This document shows, one piece after another, positions 9,300 to 18,891 of a DNA stretch of 64,000 nucleotides. This DNA comes from Candidatus Giovannonibacteria bacterium. GTDB lineage: Bacteria > Patescibacteriota > Minisyncoccia > UBA11713 > 2-01-FULL-45-33. A model generated the notes under the pieces. The model ran no database searches, was not told the DNA's origin, and worked only from the letters and a program-made list of their open reading frames with translations. A program made the translations under genes and the position numbers. How positions within the stretch are numbered: position 1 is the first letter of the stretch; the number at the start of each line of letters is the position of its first letter. The stretch spans positions 347,040 through 411,039 of the forward strand of contig CP066687.1 in assembly GCA_016432405.1 (NCBI GenBank), in the 5' to 3' direction.

Positions 9300-9686
9300 T
9301 CAGACCCAGTACCGTTCTGCAGACTTCTGGACACGCCGACTTGCTTCTGCGGTTTTGCGCTCACAGAGCACCTTAAAGTTGCGCTGAACTCTTGCTATGG
9401 CGTTTTCGCTCACCTCGCCACCCGCCTTTCGGCAGATCTCCATCATTTGCGCTAGCACCACGTCCGCGATTTCCCTAGGCCATTGTTTAGGCCGGATTGC
9501 TAGAGCAACATGGCTTGACAGGTTTTTCTTTTCCACCTGTCTAACGCAGAGATCCACTTCATGCGCGCTGCTTATCCGCCCCAATATGTGCCTGCATTCC
9601 TCGGGCGTAGTAAGTTCGCGCATAACGATGAAAACCGTCCCGCTTTCATCTGCCGGGTCCATCCATACTTCAACTTTTTTCCCCAT
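9300..9686 (-). CDS. Orphan hypothetical protein (128 aa)
   Basis: SD AAAGGAGGAG; hairpin downstream at about 9270-9292. Confidence 0.65.
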   Translation of the reverse strand: MGKKVEVWMDPADESGTVFIVMRELTTPEECRHILGRISSAHEVDLCVRQVEKKNLSSHVALAIRPKQWPREIADVVLAQMMEICRKAGGEVSENAIARVQRNFKVLCERKTAEASRRVQKSAERYWV

Positions 9687-9702
9687 AGCTGTCTCTCCTC
9701 CT

Positions 9703-9924
9703 TTAGTTTAATGTCGGTATGTCGATGAATTGTTTCAAGAGCTCGGGATTCTTGCGCACATTCTTCTTAGCGAGAAGAGCGGACTTGGCAACTTGGTCAA
9801 GAATATTGCAAAGCCGATCTTTGTCCAAGCCAGCCGCCTCTTTTTCGGTAAGCCCGCGAAGTCGGAGTACATAAGACCCGGGTTCTTTTGGATGCGGAAC
9901 AAAACAAAGTTCATGGCAGTCCAT
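9703..9924 (-). CDS. Orphan hypothetical protein (73 aa)
   Basis: SD AAAGGAGGG; promoter TTGACT-17-TAAGCT. Confidence 0.65.
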   Translation of the reverse strand: MDCHELCFVPHPKEPGSYVLRLRGLTEKEAAGLDKDRLCNILDQVAKSALLAKKNVRKNPELLKQFIDIPTLN

Positions 9925-9993
9925 AAAACCCTCCTTTCTGGAGCTTAAAGCCCCTCTGATATCAGCTTATGCCGGAAAATCAAAAAAGTCAAG

Positions 9994-10033
9994 CTTGCCT
10001 GCCCTGCCTACCGGCAGGCAGGCGGCAGGCAGG
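9994..10033. repeat. Nested CCTGCC/GGCAGG palindromic element
   Basis: CTTGCCTGC[CCTGCCTACCGGCAGGCAGG]CGGCAGGCAGG. Confidence 0.8.
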
Positions 10034-10060
10034 TGGGGAAACCAGGGACCGCGAGGCGCG

Positions 10061-10087
10061 TTAGCACTCTTGACTGGAGAGTGCTAA
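10061..10087 (+). promoter_or_regulatory. CIRCE operator (HrcA site) overlapping the -35 box
   Basis: Perfect TTAGCACTC-N9-GAGTGCTAA; TTGACT inside the spacer. Confidence 0.97.
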
Positions 10088-10112
10088 CTTTGATATATTA
10101 CTAATTACGAAT

Positions 10113-10817
10113 ATGATACTGGAACAGAGGAAAGAAAACATTTTGGATTTTATAATAAGGGACTATATTAAGACGGCAACCCCCGTGTCTTCAGGCCGTA
10201 TTTCTTCTCGCGGAGCGCTGGACGCGAGCCCGGCGACAATCAGGTGGGTGATGCAGGCGCTGGACGAAGAAGGGTATCTCTATCAGCCGCACATCTCCGC
10301 TGGCCGCGCCCCGACCGACAAAGGATATCGCTATTTTGTGGAAAACTTAATGTCCGTGCGCGAGCCGGCTTCCGAACTCCGCGGCGAGCTTGACCGCATT
10401 ACTGAAAAAATGAATTTGGAGCTGAACTCGGCTTTCGGCGAGCTCTCCCGCGTTTTGGCTGGGCACCTTAAACTTTTTTCCGGCATAGGAATATTGGACG
10501 AAGAGCGCATTTTCGGGCACGGCCTCCCGGAGGTCTTGAAGGAGCCGGAATTTTTACGGCGCGGCATGGCCGCGCGCTTTGCTGATTTCGCCGAAAACAT
10601 CCACCGCGACATAAAAACATTTTCGGATACGGAGGTTGACGTAAAAGGTTTTGGAATCGTGAGCGTGCTCTTTCGCGACGAAAATCTCGGCGAATGCGTT
10701 ATTTTCTCCGCCGGCCCGCAGCGCATGAATTACGAAAGGGCAGCCTCCGCGGTTCGCTATGCCGCCGAAGACATTAAGAAAAGTAGAAAGACAAAAAATG
10801 CAAAACGAAAAAGATGA
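10113..10817 (+). CDS. hrcA: Heat-inducible repressor HrcA (shortened)
   Basis: SPATIR, QPHISAGRAPTDKGYRYFV, GPQRMNY; CIRCE upstream. Confidence 0.93.
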   Translation: MILEQRKENILDFIIRDYIKTATPVSSGRISSRGALDASPATIRWVMQALDEEGYLYQPHISAGRAPTDKGYRYFVENLMSVREPASELRGELDRITEKMNLELNSAFGELSRVLAGHLKLFSGIGILDEERIFGHGLPEVLKEPEFLRRGMAARFADFAENIHRDIKTFSDTEVDVKGFGIVSVLFRDENLGECVIFSAGPQRMNYERAASAVRYAAEDIKKSRKTKNAKRKR

Positions 10818-11310
10818 TATTATAGAGAGTGAAGTCGTGGAGGAGGACGGGCTTGGCGATAAATTAAAAAAACTGCGCGAGGAGCTTAAGGTTTGCCAGA
10901 AAGAAAAGGCGGAATATCTGGCGGGCTGGCAGAGGGCAAAAGCGGATTTTATCAATGCAAGGAAAGACGAGGAGAAAGCCAGGGCAGAGTTTGCAAAGTT
11001 CGCCGGTGAGAGGATTTTGCGGGAGATGCTGGCGGTAGCCGATTCGCTTCTTGCCCGCCGTAGCTTTAGCGAAGGCGGGGAGGACCCGATTTACAATCAG
11101 TTGCTCGATATATTAAAAAGAGAGGGCGTTGAACAAATTGAGGCCAATGGCGGGAGATTTGACCCGATGTATCACGAGGCGCTTGAGCGGGTTGGGGTTT
11201 CTGAAAGAGAAAGAGACGGCGTTATAATTGAGGAGCTGCAAAAAGGATACATGATTTATAACCGCGTCCTTCGGCCAAGCAAAGTAAAAGTGGGAGTTTA
11301 TAAAGCTTAA
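10798..11310 (+). CDS. grpE: Nucleotide exchange factor GrpE
   Basis: RAKADFIN, FDPMYHEA, QKGY..RVLRPSKVKV. Confidence 0.95.
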   Translation: MQNEKDDIIESEVVEEDGLGDKLKKLREELKVCQKEKAEYLAGWQRAKADFINARKDEEKARAEFAKFAGERILREMLAVADSLLARRSFSEGGEDPIYNQLLDILKREGVEQIEANGGRFDPMYHEALERVGVSERERDGVIIEELQKGYMIYNRVLRPSKVKVGVYKA

Positions 11311-11324
11311 CTAATTAAACAAAC

Positions 11325-13193
11325 ATGGCAAAAATTCTAGGAATTGACTTGGGGACGACTAATTCGGCGATGGCGATTGTTGAAGGCGGAGTCCCGAAAA
11401 TACTGGAAAACGCGGAGGGGGCGCGAACCATGCCTTCAATGGTCGCGTTTTCAAAATCCGGCGAGCGATTAGTCGGGCTTTTGGCAAAAAGGCAGGCGGT
11501 GACTAACCCAAAAAACACTATTTTTTCGGTAAAGCGGCTGATTGGGCGGAAATTCAGCGACGCGGAGATTAAACGAGATAAAACTCTTTTGCCTTACGAA
11601 ATCAAAGAATCCGCCAACGGCGGAGTAGAGGTCAAAATCAATGAAAAATGGTACCGGCCGGAGGAAATTTCGGCTATGATTTTGACGAAATTAAAAACCG
11701 ACGCCGAAGCCAAACTCGGCGAAAAAATTGAGGAGGCGATTATCACCGTGCCCGCCTATTTTGACGATTCGCAGAGGCAGGCCACAAAAGCTGCGGGAGA
11801 AATAGCGGGATTTAAAGTTAAAAGGATTTTAAACGAGCCCACCGCCGCCGCGCTGGCTTACGGGCTTGATAAAAAAAGGAACGAACAGATTGTGATTTAC
11901 GATTTGGGGGGAGGCACATTTGACCTTTCGGTGCTTGAAATCGGGGACAACACCATTGAGGTCCGCGCGACCGGCGGGGACACCCACTTGGGCGGCGACG
12001 ATTTTGACCAAAGAGTCATCCAGCATATTGCCTCGGAATTTAAAAAAGAATCCGGGGTTGACGTCACCAAGGACGTCTTGGCGCTCCAGCGCCTAAAGGA
12101 AGCCGCGGAGAAGGCCAAGCACGAGCTCTCAACCGCGCTTGAGACCGAAATAAATATTCCCTTTATTACTTCTGACGCCTCCGGCCCGCGGCACCTGATT
12201 ATGAAATTAACTCGCGCCAAGCTGGAAGATTTGGTGCGCGATTTTTTGGACAAATCTTTTGAAATCACAAAAAATGTCGTCCGCGAGTCCAAGTTTGAAT
12301 TAAAAAACATTGACGAAATTGTCTTGGTCGGCGGGCAGACGAGGATGCCCGCGGTTCAAGAGGGGATTAAAAAGCTTTTTGGGAAGGAAGCCAATCTTTC
12401 CATTAATCCCGACGAAGTCGTGGCCGTGGGTGCGGCGGTGCAGGGCGGAATTTTGCGCGGCGACGTAAAAGACGTTTTGCTTTTGGACGTGACGCCGCTC
12501 TCTTTGGGTATTGAGACCTTGGGAGGCGTGATGACAAAAGTCATTGAAAAAAACACGACGGTGCCAGTCGCGCGTGCGCAGGTTTTCTCAACTGCGGCTG
12601 ACAACCAGACCTCCGTTGAGATTCATGTTTTGCAGGGCGAAAGAGACATGGCGGCGGATAACAAAACTTTGGGCAGATTTATTTTAGACGGCATCCCGCC
12701 TGCGCCGCGCGGTATGCCGCAGGTTGAGGTTAGTTTTGACATTGATGCCAACGGGATTTTGTCCGTCAAAGCCAAGGACAAAGCGACGAATAAAGAGCAA
12801 TCCATAAGGATTGAAGCGTCTACAGGGCTCTCTAAGGACGAAATTGAGAAGATGAAGAGAGACGCAGAACTTCACGCTGATGAGGATAAAAAGAAAAAAG
12901 AATTGGTTGAAGCCCGAAATCGCGCGGATGCTTTGGTTTATACAGCGGAGAAATCTTTGCGCGATGCCGGGGATAAAGTTGAACAAGCAACCAAGGACGA
13001 AGTCAATCAAAAAATAGAAACGCTCAAAAAAGCCAAAGACGGCGACGATGTTTCCGAAATCCGTAACGCTGAAACCGCCCTTGCCCAGTCCCTCTCCAAA
13101 ATCGGCGAAGCGATGTATAAAAAACCGGAAGGAGGCGGCGGGCCAGATGTCAAAGACACGGATTATAAAGACATTGATGGAGATAAAAAATAA
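11325..13193 (+). CDS. dnaK: Chaperone DnaK
   Basis: [24 protein letters not shown]. Confidence 0.99.
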   Translation: MAKILGIDLGTTNSAMAIVEGGVPKILENAEGARTMPSMVAFSKSGERLVGLLAKRQAVTNPKNTIFSVKRLIGRKFSDAEIKRDKTLLPYEIKESANGGVEVKINEKWYRPEEISAMILTKLKTDAEAKLGEKIEEAIITVPAYFDDSQRQATKAAGEIAGFKVKRILNEPTAAALAYGLDKKRNEQIVIYDLGGGTFDLSVLEIGDNTIEVRATGGDTHLGGDDFDQRVIQHIASEFKKESGVDVTKDVLALQRLKEAAEKAKHELSTALETEINIPFITSDASGPRHLIMKLTRAKLEDLVRDFLDKSFEITKNVVRESKFELKNIDEIVLVGGQTRMPAVQEGIKKLFGKEANLSINPDEVVAVGAAVQGGILRGDVKDVLLLDVTPLSLGIETLGGVMTKVIEKNTTVPVARAQVFSTAADNQTSVEIHVLQGERDMAADNKTLGRFILDGIPPAPRGMPQVEVSFDIDANGILSVKAKDKATNKEQSIRIEASTGLSKDEIEKMKRDAELHADEDKKKKELVEARNRADALVYTAEKSLRDAGDKVEQATKDEVNQKIETLKKAKDGDDVSEIRNAETALAQSLSKIGEAMYKKPEGGGGPDVKDTDYKDIDGDKK

Positions 13194-14302
13194 TGGCCAA
13201 GGACTACTACGAAATTTTGGGGGTGAAGAAGGGCGCTTCGCGGGAGGAGATAAAGAAAGCGTATAGAAAACTTGCGCATGAGCATCACCCGGATAAAAAA
13301 GGGGGAGATGAGAAAAAATTCAAGGAAATAAACGAGGCCTATCAGATTTTGGGTAACGAGCAAAAACGCCAGCAGTATGACCGGTTTGGACAAACCTTTT
13401 CCGGACAGGGGCCGCAATGGGGAGGTAGTGATTTTGAAGGATTTGACGGCGGTTTCGGGGATATTTTTGAAGATATTTTTTCCGCCCAAGGCGCTGGCGG
13501 GAGCCAGGCCTTTGGCTGGGAAGATTTTTTGGGCGGGCTGGGGGGTTTCTCCGCCAGAGGCGGACAAGGGCGGAGAGCAAAACGGGGCAGCGATATATCT
13601 TTGGGCATTGATGTTTCGTTTAAAGAGTCAGTTTTCGGCGGGCGGAGAAGCGTGGTTATTGAAAAATCGAAAAAATGCGAAATTTGCAAGGGTTCCGGGG
13701 CGGAGCCGGAAAGTTCACTCAAAAAATGCCAGACCTGCGGCGGCACGGGGACGGTGCGCGAGACGCGCCGTTCGCTCTTCGGCTCCTTTACGGCGCTTTC
13801 GGAATGTACGATTTGCCGCGGGCGCGGGGAGGTGCCGGAGAAAATCTGCAGGCATTGCCGTGGTTCGGGTATTTTAAAAAAATCGGAGACGATTGGCATA
13901 GATATTCCCGCGGGCATCCGCGACGGCGAGGCAATCAAATTCACAGGCATGGGTGAAGAGGTTGCTAAGGGGCAGGCGGGGGACCTTTATGTCCGGATAC
14001 GCGTTTTGCCGCACCATGCTTTCCGCCGCGAAGGATTTGATATTTTAACTGACTTGCATTTGCCGGTATCACGCATGCTTTTGGGAGGGGAAGAAATCAT
14101 AGAAACGCTGGATGGCAAGGCCTCGGTGCGTATTCCGGAGCTTTCCAAAGCGGGGGATTTTTTGCGCCTCCGCGGGAAAGGGGTAGTCAAAGAAAGAGGC
14201 GGTAGGGGAGATTTATTAGTCCGCCTTTTTCCGAAGTTGCCCAAAAAACTTTCGCATCAGGCGAAAAAGCTCCTTTCTGATTTGGAGAGGGAGGGGCTAT
14301 AA
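13193..14302 (+). CDS. dnaJ: Chaperone DnaJ
   Basis: J domain HPD, four CxxCxGxG repeats. Confidence 0.98.
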   Translation: MAKDYYEILGVKKGASREEIKKAYRKLAHEHHPDKKGGDEKKFKEINEAYQILGNEQKRQQYDRFGQTFSGQGPQWGGSDFEGFDGGFGDIFEDIFSAQGAGGSQAFGWEDFLGGLGGFSARGGQGRRAKRGSDISLGIDVSFKESVFGGRRSVVIEKSKKCEICKGSGAEPESSLKKCQTCGGTGTVRETRRSLFGSFTALSECTICRGRGEVPEKICRHCRGSGILKKSETIGIDIPAGIRDGEAIKFTGMGEEVAKGQAGDLYVRIRVLPHHAFRREGFDILTDLHLPVSRMLLGGEEIIETLDGKASVRIPELSKAGDFLRLRGKGVVKERGGRGDLLVRLFPKLPKKLSHQAKKLLSDLEREGL

Positions 14303-14309
14303 TATATTT

Positions 14310-14804
14310 ATGGCATCATTTTTATCTTTGCTCAAAAATCCGGCATGGGACGCCGTTTTGGTGTTTATGCTGGTGGCCGCTGGATTTTTTTGGGGCGTCT
14401 CCGGCGGCAAGAAAAAGATGGCTTTGGGAATTTTGGCTCTTTACGCCCTGCTCGCTATTTTCCCTTACATCCCGATTGATACTTTCGCCGCCGGCCGCTC
14501 GCCAAGCGAGATTTTTATGTTCCGCGCCGGAATTTTTCTGACGCTTCTTTTGTTGCTTGCGCTTTTTTTGATGCGCTCTTTTAAGGGCGCGACGGGGTAT
14601 TCCGGCGGGCTTTGGTGGGAGATTTTGGTTTTATCAATTTTAGCCGCCGGATTTTTGGCCGCGTCTATCATAAAACTTGCTCCGGAAGATATTATAAAAA
14701 ACAATCTCTTAAACCTCTCGCCGTTTGTTCTGCAAGTTTTTACTTCTTCCGCCTACGCCAAATGGTGGTTTATCCTTCCTGCCTTCGGCGTTCTTTTTCT
14801 TTAA
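14310..14804 (+). CDS. Hypothetical multi-pass membrane protein
   Basis: Four to five hydrophobic segments, adjacent to dnaJ. Confidence 0.7.
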   Translation: MASFLSLLKNPAWDAVLVFMLVAAGFFWGVSGGKKKMALGILALYALLAIFPYIPIDTFAAGRSPSEIFMFRAGIFLTLLLLLALFLMRSFKGATGYSGGLWWEILVLSILAAGFLAASIIKLAPEDIIKNNLLNLSPFVLQVFTSSAYAKWWFILPAFGVLFL

Positions 14805-14805
14805 T

Positions 14806-14940
14806 TTAGCGGGCCTTTCGGGAGCGGCGCCCGCGGCGCTCCCATTTTTCGGTTTTGGAGCGGCGCTTTCTGTCCAGCGCTTTTTTTGTCAGGTCATCGC
14901 CGTGAAAATACCGCGCCCCTTTCCTTACGCGCTTTTTCAT
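14806..14940 (-). CDS. Small very basic protein (44 aa), absent from the ORF track
   Basis: MKKRVRKGARYFHGDDLTKKALDRKRRSKTEKWERRGRRSRKAR; A-rich leader. Confidence 0.5.
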   Translation of the reverse strand: MKKRVRKGARYFHGDDLTKKALDRKRRSKTEKWERRGRRSRKAR

Positions 14941-14968
14941 GGTTTTATTTTAGCACCTTTCTAAAGTG

Positions 14969-15041
14969 TCCGCCCACCAGGAATCGAACCTGGAACCTTC
15001 TCCTTAAAAGGGAGCTGCTCTGCCAATTGAGCTATGGGCGG
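14969..15041 (-). tRNA. tRNA-Lys(UUU)
   Basis: Cloverleaf CCGCCCA/TGGGCGG, anticodon loop CT-TTT-AA, GTTCGA. Confidence 0.93.
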
Positions 15042-15121
15042 ATTTGATAATTCTACACGATTTTTGCGGCCCTTGCAATATCTAGGCGGACGTGCTAAAC
15101 CGAGGTTAGGAGGACCTTTTT

Positions 15122-15925
15122 ATGAAAGCAAAAAATGTGCGGAGCACCGATGTTTTTCAGGTTATCGTTGTTATCGTTTTAACCCTGTTGGTCCTGTTCG
15201 GCGTTTCCTGTGTCCCTGCGGCAACGGTGAGAAGGACAAGCGTTTCCCAGCCCTTGCCTCCGGAACCCGCTCCTGGACAGCCGGGAGCTACGGCGCCGGC
15301 TTATGCTGGCAGGAAAGCCACTATTTCAATGGCGCCTGTGGAAGGCATTAATCTTATCCCGGTGAAGTGGGGCGGGGTAGGGGTTGCCCCGGAAATCAAT
15401 TCCGTATTTGAAAGCGCTCTTGCTGACACCGGACGCTTCCGGACCGTCAGCAGGGAAAAAATTAAAAATGTCCTTGCCGAGCAAGACCTGGCAACCGCAG
15501 GAAGAGTGCGACAAAGCACGGCTGTAAAAACCGGTGAGATCACGGGGTCAGACCTCATGATTATCGCAAAGATTACCGGCTTTGACCCGGGAGATTCAGG
15601 GGTAGGCGCGGCGGTCGGCGCTGTCGGCAGGACTTTGGGAGGTTGGATCGGCGCTTTGGGAGTATTGGCTGGAGGGATTAAAACTTCTAGTCTTGTTATG
15701 GACGTCCAGGTTATGGACGTCCGCACGTCGGAGATAGTTGTCTCCACGACCGTGGAGGGAAGTTCCGTTGACTGGTCAGCCGGAGGAGCGTTCGTTGGCC
15801 GTTCTCTTGGCGCGGGCGTTGCCGGGTGGAAGAACACGCCAATGGAGAAAAATCTGCGCGTTGTGGTGGAAAAAGCCGCCGCGGAGGTTTCCGCTAAACT
15901 TCCGCCGGAGTATTTCAAGCACTAG
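15122..15925 (+). CDS. CsgG/HfaB-family lipoprotein-like protein
   Basis: Signal with GVSC, TGRFRTVSRE..VLAEQDL, IIAKITGFD; SD AGGAGG. Confidence 0.8.
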   Translation: MKAKNVRSTDVFQVIVVIVLTLLVLFGVSCVPAATVRRTSVSQPLPPEPAPGQPGATAPAYAGRKATISMAPVEGINLIPVKWGGVGVAPEINSVFESALADTGRFRTVSREKIKNVLAEQDLATAGRVRQSTAVKTGEITGSDLMIIAKITGFDPGDSGVGAAVGAVGRTLGGWIGALGVLAGGIKTSSLVMDVQVMDVRTSEIVVSTTVEGSSVDWSAGGAFVGRSLGAGVAGWKNTPMEKNLRVVVEKAAAEVSAKLPPEYFKH

Positions 15926-15941
15926 CCGGTTATCCGGCGCG

Positions 15942-15969
15942 AGCCCCTTGATTTTCAGGGGCTTTTTTT
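15942..15969 (+). terminator. Intrinsic terminator
   Basis: AGCCCCTTGA-TTT-TCAGGGGCT followed by a T run. Confidence 0.8.
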
Positions 15970-16019
15970 GTTAGGATTTAGGAAGGGTACAACTAATCAA
16001 AAACGAACGGAGGAATCAT

Positions 16020-17180
16020 ATGAGAATATTACTTACGGGTGTAACTGGCCTTGTGGGGTCTTGTTTAGCCCCGCTATTGCAAGAAAACAACGAAGTTTTG
16101 TGTTTAATCCGACCTGACCGCCAAAAAGACGCTCATGCCCGCCTTGTGGAAACGCTGCCTTTCTCGAAAAAGAATATCATGGCTATAAACGGCGACGTGA
16201 CCCTGCCCAAAGCCGGAATGAAATCGGCTGATATAGATAGATGGAAAGGGAAAATAGACAAGATTGTCCACGGAGCGGCTTCAATAAGGTTTGACGAGCC
16301 GCTTTCGGATGAGACAAAACGTGTCAACGTTGGCGGGACGCAAACTATGCTTGACCTTGCGAGAGAATTGGAGGTAAAAGAGTTTCATTTTCTTAGCACC
16401 GTATACGTTGCGGGCAGCGCGCGATCTTTTACGGAAAATGACTTTGATGTGGGGCAGACAACCCGCAACGCATATGAAAAATCGAAGCTTGAAGCCGAGC
16501 GTCTCGTCAGGAATTGGAACGGCGGGAAGTTTTCCGTCCACCGCATGAGCATCGTAATCGGCGATGCAACGAGTGGCTACGTTAAAGAATTCAACGGTTA
16601 TTACGGCTTTTTTGTCGGATTTTGGCGGTTGCGCAACAGCTTGTATGAGCGGTGGTTAACTGGGGGGAAAGACAGGTTAATTCGTCAGGGAATAAGCTTT
16701 GACGAGGAAGGGTTCTTGGAATTGCCGCTTAGCATCGACTGTTCGCCGGTCTCGAAACTGAATTTGGTGAATTCCAACTGGCTGGCAAGGATCTTGAATA
16801 AATTAATCAGCCTGTCGGCTGCGAATCAGACATTTCATTTAGTGCATCCCTCCCCGCCGAGAGTCCAGTGGGTTATCGAGGTTTCTTTAGATTATCTGAA
16901 GATCCGCGGGATACAATATCGGGATGGCAACAGCGCGGCTAGCCAAATGCTGAGAAGGATGCAGAGGGCTCTTGACCGGAAAATCAACCGGTATTTGCCC
17001 TATGTCACGCATGAGCCGATTTTCGGAAGAGACAATCTTCTCCGAACACTCGGGGAATCATATGTTTCTGCTCCGGCTATCAGCGAATCAATGTTGCAAC
17101 GTATGCTGGACTACGCTATTAAGGTCAATTTCGGCCAAAAGAATAAGGAAACCAGCGAATCTGTACGCCGCATCGCCTGA
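16020..17180 (+). CDS. Extended SDR / fatty-acyl (thioester) reductase-like NAD-binding protein
   Basis: TGVTGLVG, IVHGAA, YEKSK; SD GGAGG. Confidence 0.85.
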   Translation: MRILLTGVTGLVGSCLAPLLQENNEVLCLIRPDRQKDAHARLVETLPFSKKNIMAINGDVTLPKAGMKSADIDRWKGKIDKIVHGAASIRFDEPLSDETKRVNVGGTQTMLDLARELEVKEFHFLSTVYVAGSARSFTENDFDVGQTTRNAYEKSKLEAERLVRNWNGGKFSVHRMSIVIGDATSGYVKEFNGYYGFFVGFWRLRNSLYERWLTGGKDRLIRQGISFDEEGFLELPLSIDCSPVSKLNLVNSNWLARILNKLISLSAANQTFHLVHPSPPRVQWVIEVSLDYLKIRGIQYRDGNSAASQMLRRMQRALDRKINRYLPYVTHEPIFGRDNLLRTLGESYVSAPAISESMLQRMLDYAIKVNFGQKNKETSESVRRIA

Positions 17181-17243
17181 ATGCGGCTTTTTTTTATGCA
17201 CGCCGGCTGTTATAATTAGTCTAATCGCTTGTAAAGAATAAAA

Positions 17244-18872
17244 ATGCTAAATACATTCGCCATTTCCGGAATACTTATAGTCATTACCTGCACTTTAATG
17301 GCTATTATCATGCTTGCTAGGGCAACTGCCCGTTTGCATCTGATCTGGGGCATTTTTTGTATAACAGTTATGTTGTGGGGGCTGGGAGCTTATCAGATAG
17401 GTATCTCAAAAGATCCCGCGCGCGCATTATTTTGGTGGAAATTTGCCTATATTGGAGTAATTTTCATCCCAATAATGTTTACGCATTTTGTATATATTTT
17501 TCTTCAAAAAGAAAATAAATTTTTTATTTTATTTTTTTACGTTTTAGGCGGCGTTTACCTTATTGCAAATTTATTTACGGATTCTTTTATAAACGCAACG
17601 CATTTGATGTTTAATCAAATTTATTTTTTAACGCCAACCCCTCTTTATAACTCATACTTTGCGCTATTTATAATCCTGGTAATATACTCGCACACTCTTC
17701 TTTTCAAGGAGTACAAACGAGCAGTGGGATTGCGCAAGCAACAAATCCAATATTTTTTTATTGGATCTTTTTTGGGATTTTTCGGAGGCAGTTTTAGCTT
17801 TTTGCCGGAATATCATATTAATATCTATCCTTTCATGAATCTAACGGTCTCTTTCTATCCCATAATTATGGGCTTCGCGATTCTTCGCTATAGATTGATG
17901 AATATCAATGTGATTATGGCGCAACTCCTCGTCGCGTCTTTATGGGTATTTATTTCTGTGCGCACGCTGATTTCTGAATTTGGAAGTCATGAGCAATTGC
18001 TGAACATCGCGCTCTTGCTGATTACCATTATTGTCGGCATCCTGCTTAATAACAGCGTTATAAAAGAAATTAAATCGCGCGAAGAAATTGAGAAATTGGC
18101 CAAGGATTTGGAGGCGGCCAACGAGAAATTGCGGAAGTTTGACGAAGCGAAATCGGAGTTTATTTCACTTGCCGGGCACCAATTAAGGACTCCGCTCACG
18201 GTGATTAAGGGTTATACCTCCATGCTTATGGAAGGGACTTTCGGGGAAATAGACAAAAAAGCCCTTGCGCCGATGGAAAAAGTATTTGCGGCCGCCAATA
18301 ACTTGACTAAATTGGTATCGGAGCTCCTGGACCTTTCCCGGATTGAGTCCGGCCGGTTAAAATATGAATTTAAAATGATTTACTTCGACAACATTGTTGA
18401 AGAAGTCGTGAAGGAATTTAAGCAGGTGTCCGAGGAGAAGCGCATCGCCGTAGAATTTGTAAATAAAAATAACAGGACATTCAAAATTTACGGAGATGCT
18501 GATAAGTTGCGCGAAGTCGTTATGAATTTGCTGGATAACGCGTTTAAGTATTCTGAAATCGGGCCGATCGTCGTGACTTTAACGCCCAAAGCCAAAAGCA
18601 TGCTGCTGTCGGTGGCCGACAGGGGCTTTGGCATGCCCAGAGATGAGATGCCTCGGCTTTTTCAAAAGTTCGGCCGCACGGAGATAGCTAAAAAAGAGCG
18701 GCCCGAAGGCATGGGTATAGGCCTTTATTTCGTCAAAAAAATCATTGACGACCACAAGGGCCGGATTTGGGCGGAGTCGCAGGGCCTCGGCAAAGGGAGT
18801 ATATTTTTTGTGGAGCTGCCCGTCAAATATGATTTTCAGGAGGAAAATGAGCGATTTCTTAGCGCGCTCTGA
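17244..18872 (+). CDS. Multi-TM sensor histidine kinase (no response regulator nearby)
   Basis: HQLRTPL H-box, NLLDNAFKY, DRGFG, GMGIGL. Confidence 0.92.
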   Translation: MLNTFAISGILIVITCTLMAIIMLARATARLHLIWGIFCITVMLWGLGAYQIGISKDPARALFWWKFAYIGVIFIPIMFTHFVYIFLQKENKFFILFFYVLGGVYLIANLFTDSFINATHLMFNQIYFLTPTPLYNSYFALFIILVIYSHTLLFKEYKRAVGLRKQQIQYFFIGSFLGFFGGSFSFLPEYHINIYPFMNLTVSFYPIIMGFAILRYRLMNINVIMAQLLVASLWVFISVRTLISEFGSHEQLLNIALLLITIIVGILLNNSVIKEIKSREEIEKLAKDLEAANEKLRKFDEAKSEFISLAGHQLRTPLTVIKGYTSMLMEGTFGEIDKKALAPMEKVFAAANNLTKLVSELLDLSRIESGRLKYEFKMIYFDNIVEEVVKEFKQVSEEKRIAVEFVNKNNRTFKIYGDADKLREVVMNLLDNAFKYSEIGPIVVTLTPKAKSMLLSVADRGFGMPRDEMPRLFQKFGRTEIAKKERPEGMGIGLYFVKKIIDDHKGRIWAESQGLGKGSIFFVELPVKYDFQEENERFLSAL

Positions 18873-18891
18873 TTATGTTATGCTTACCAGC

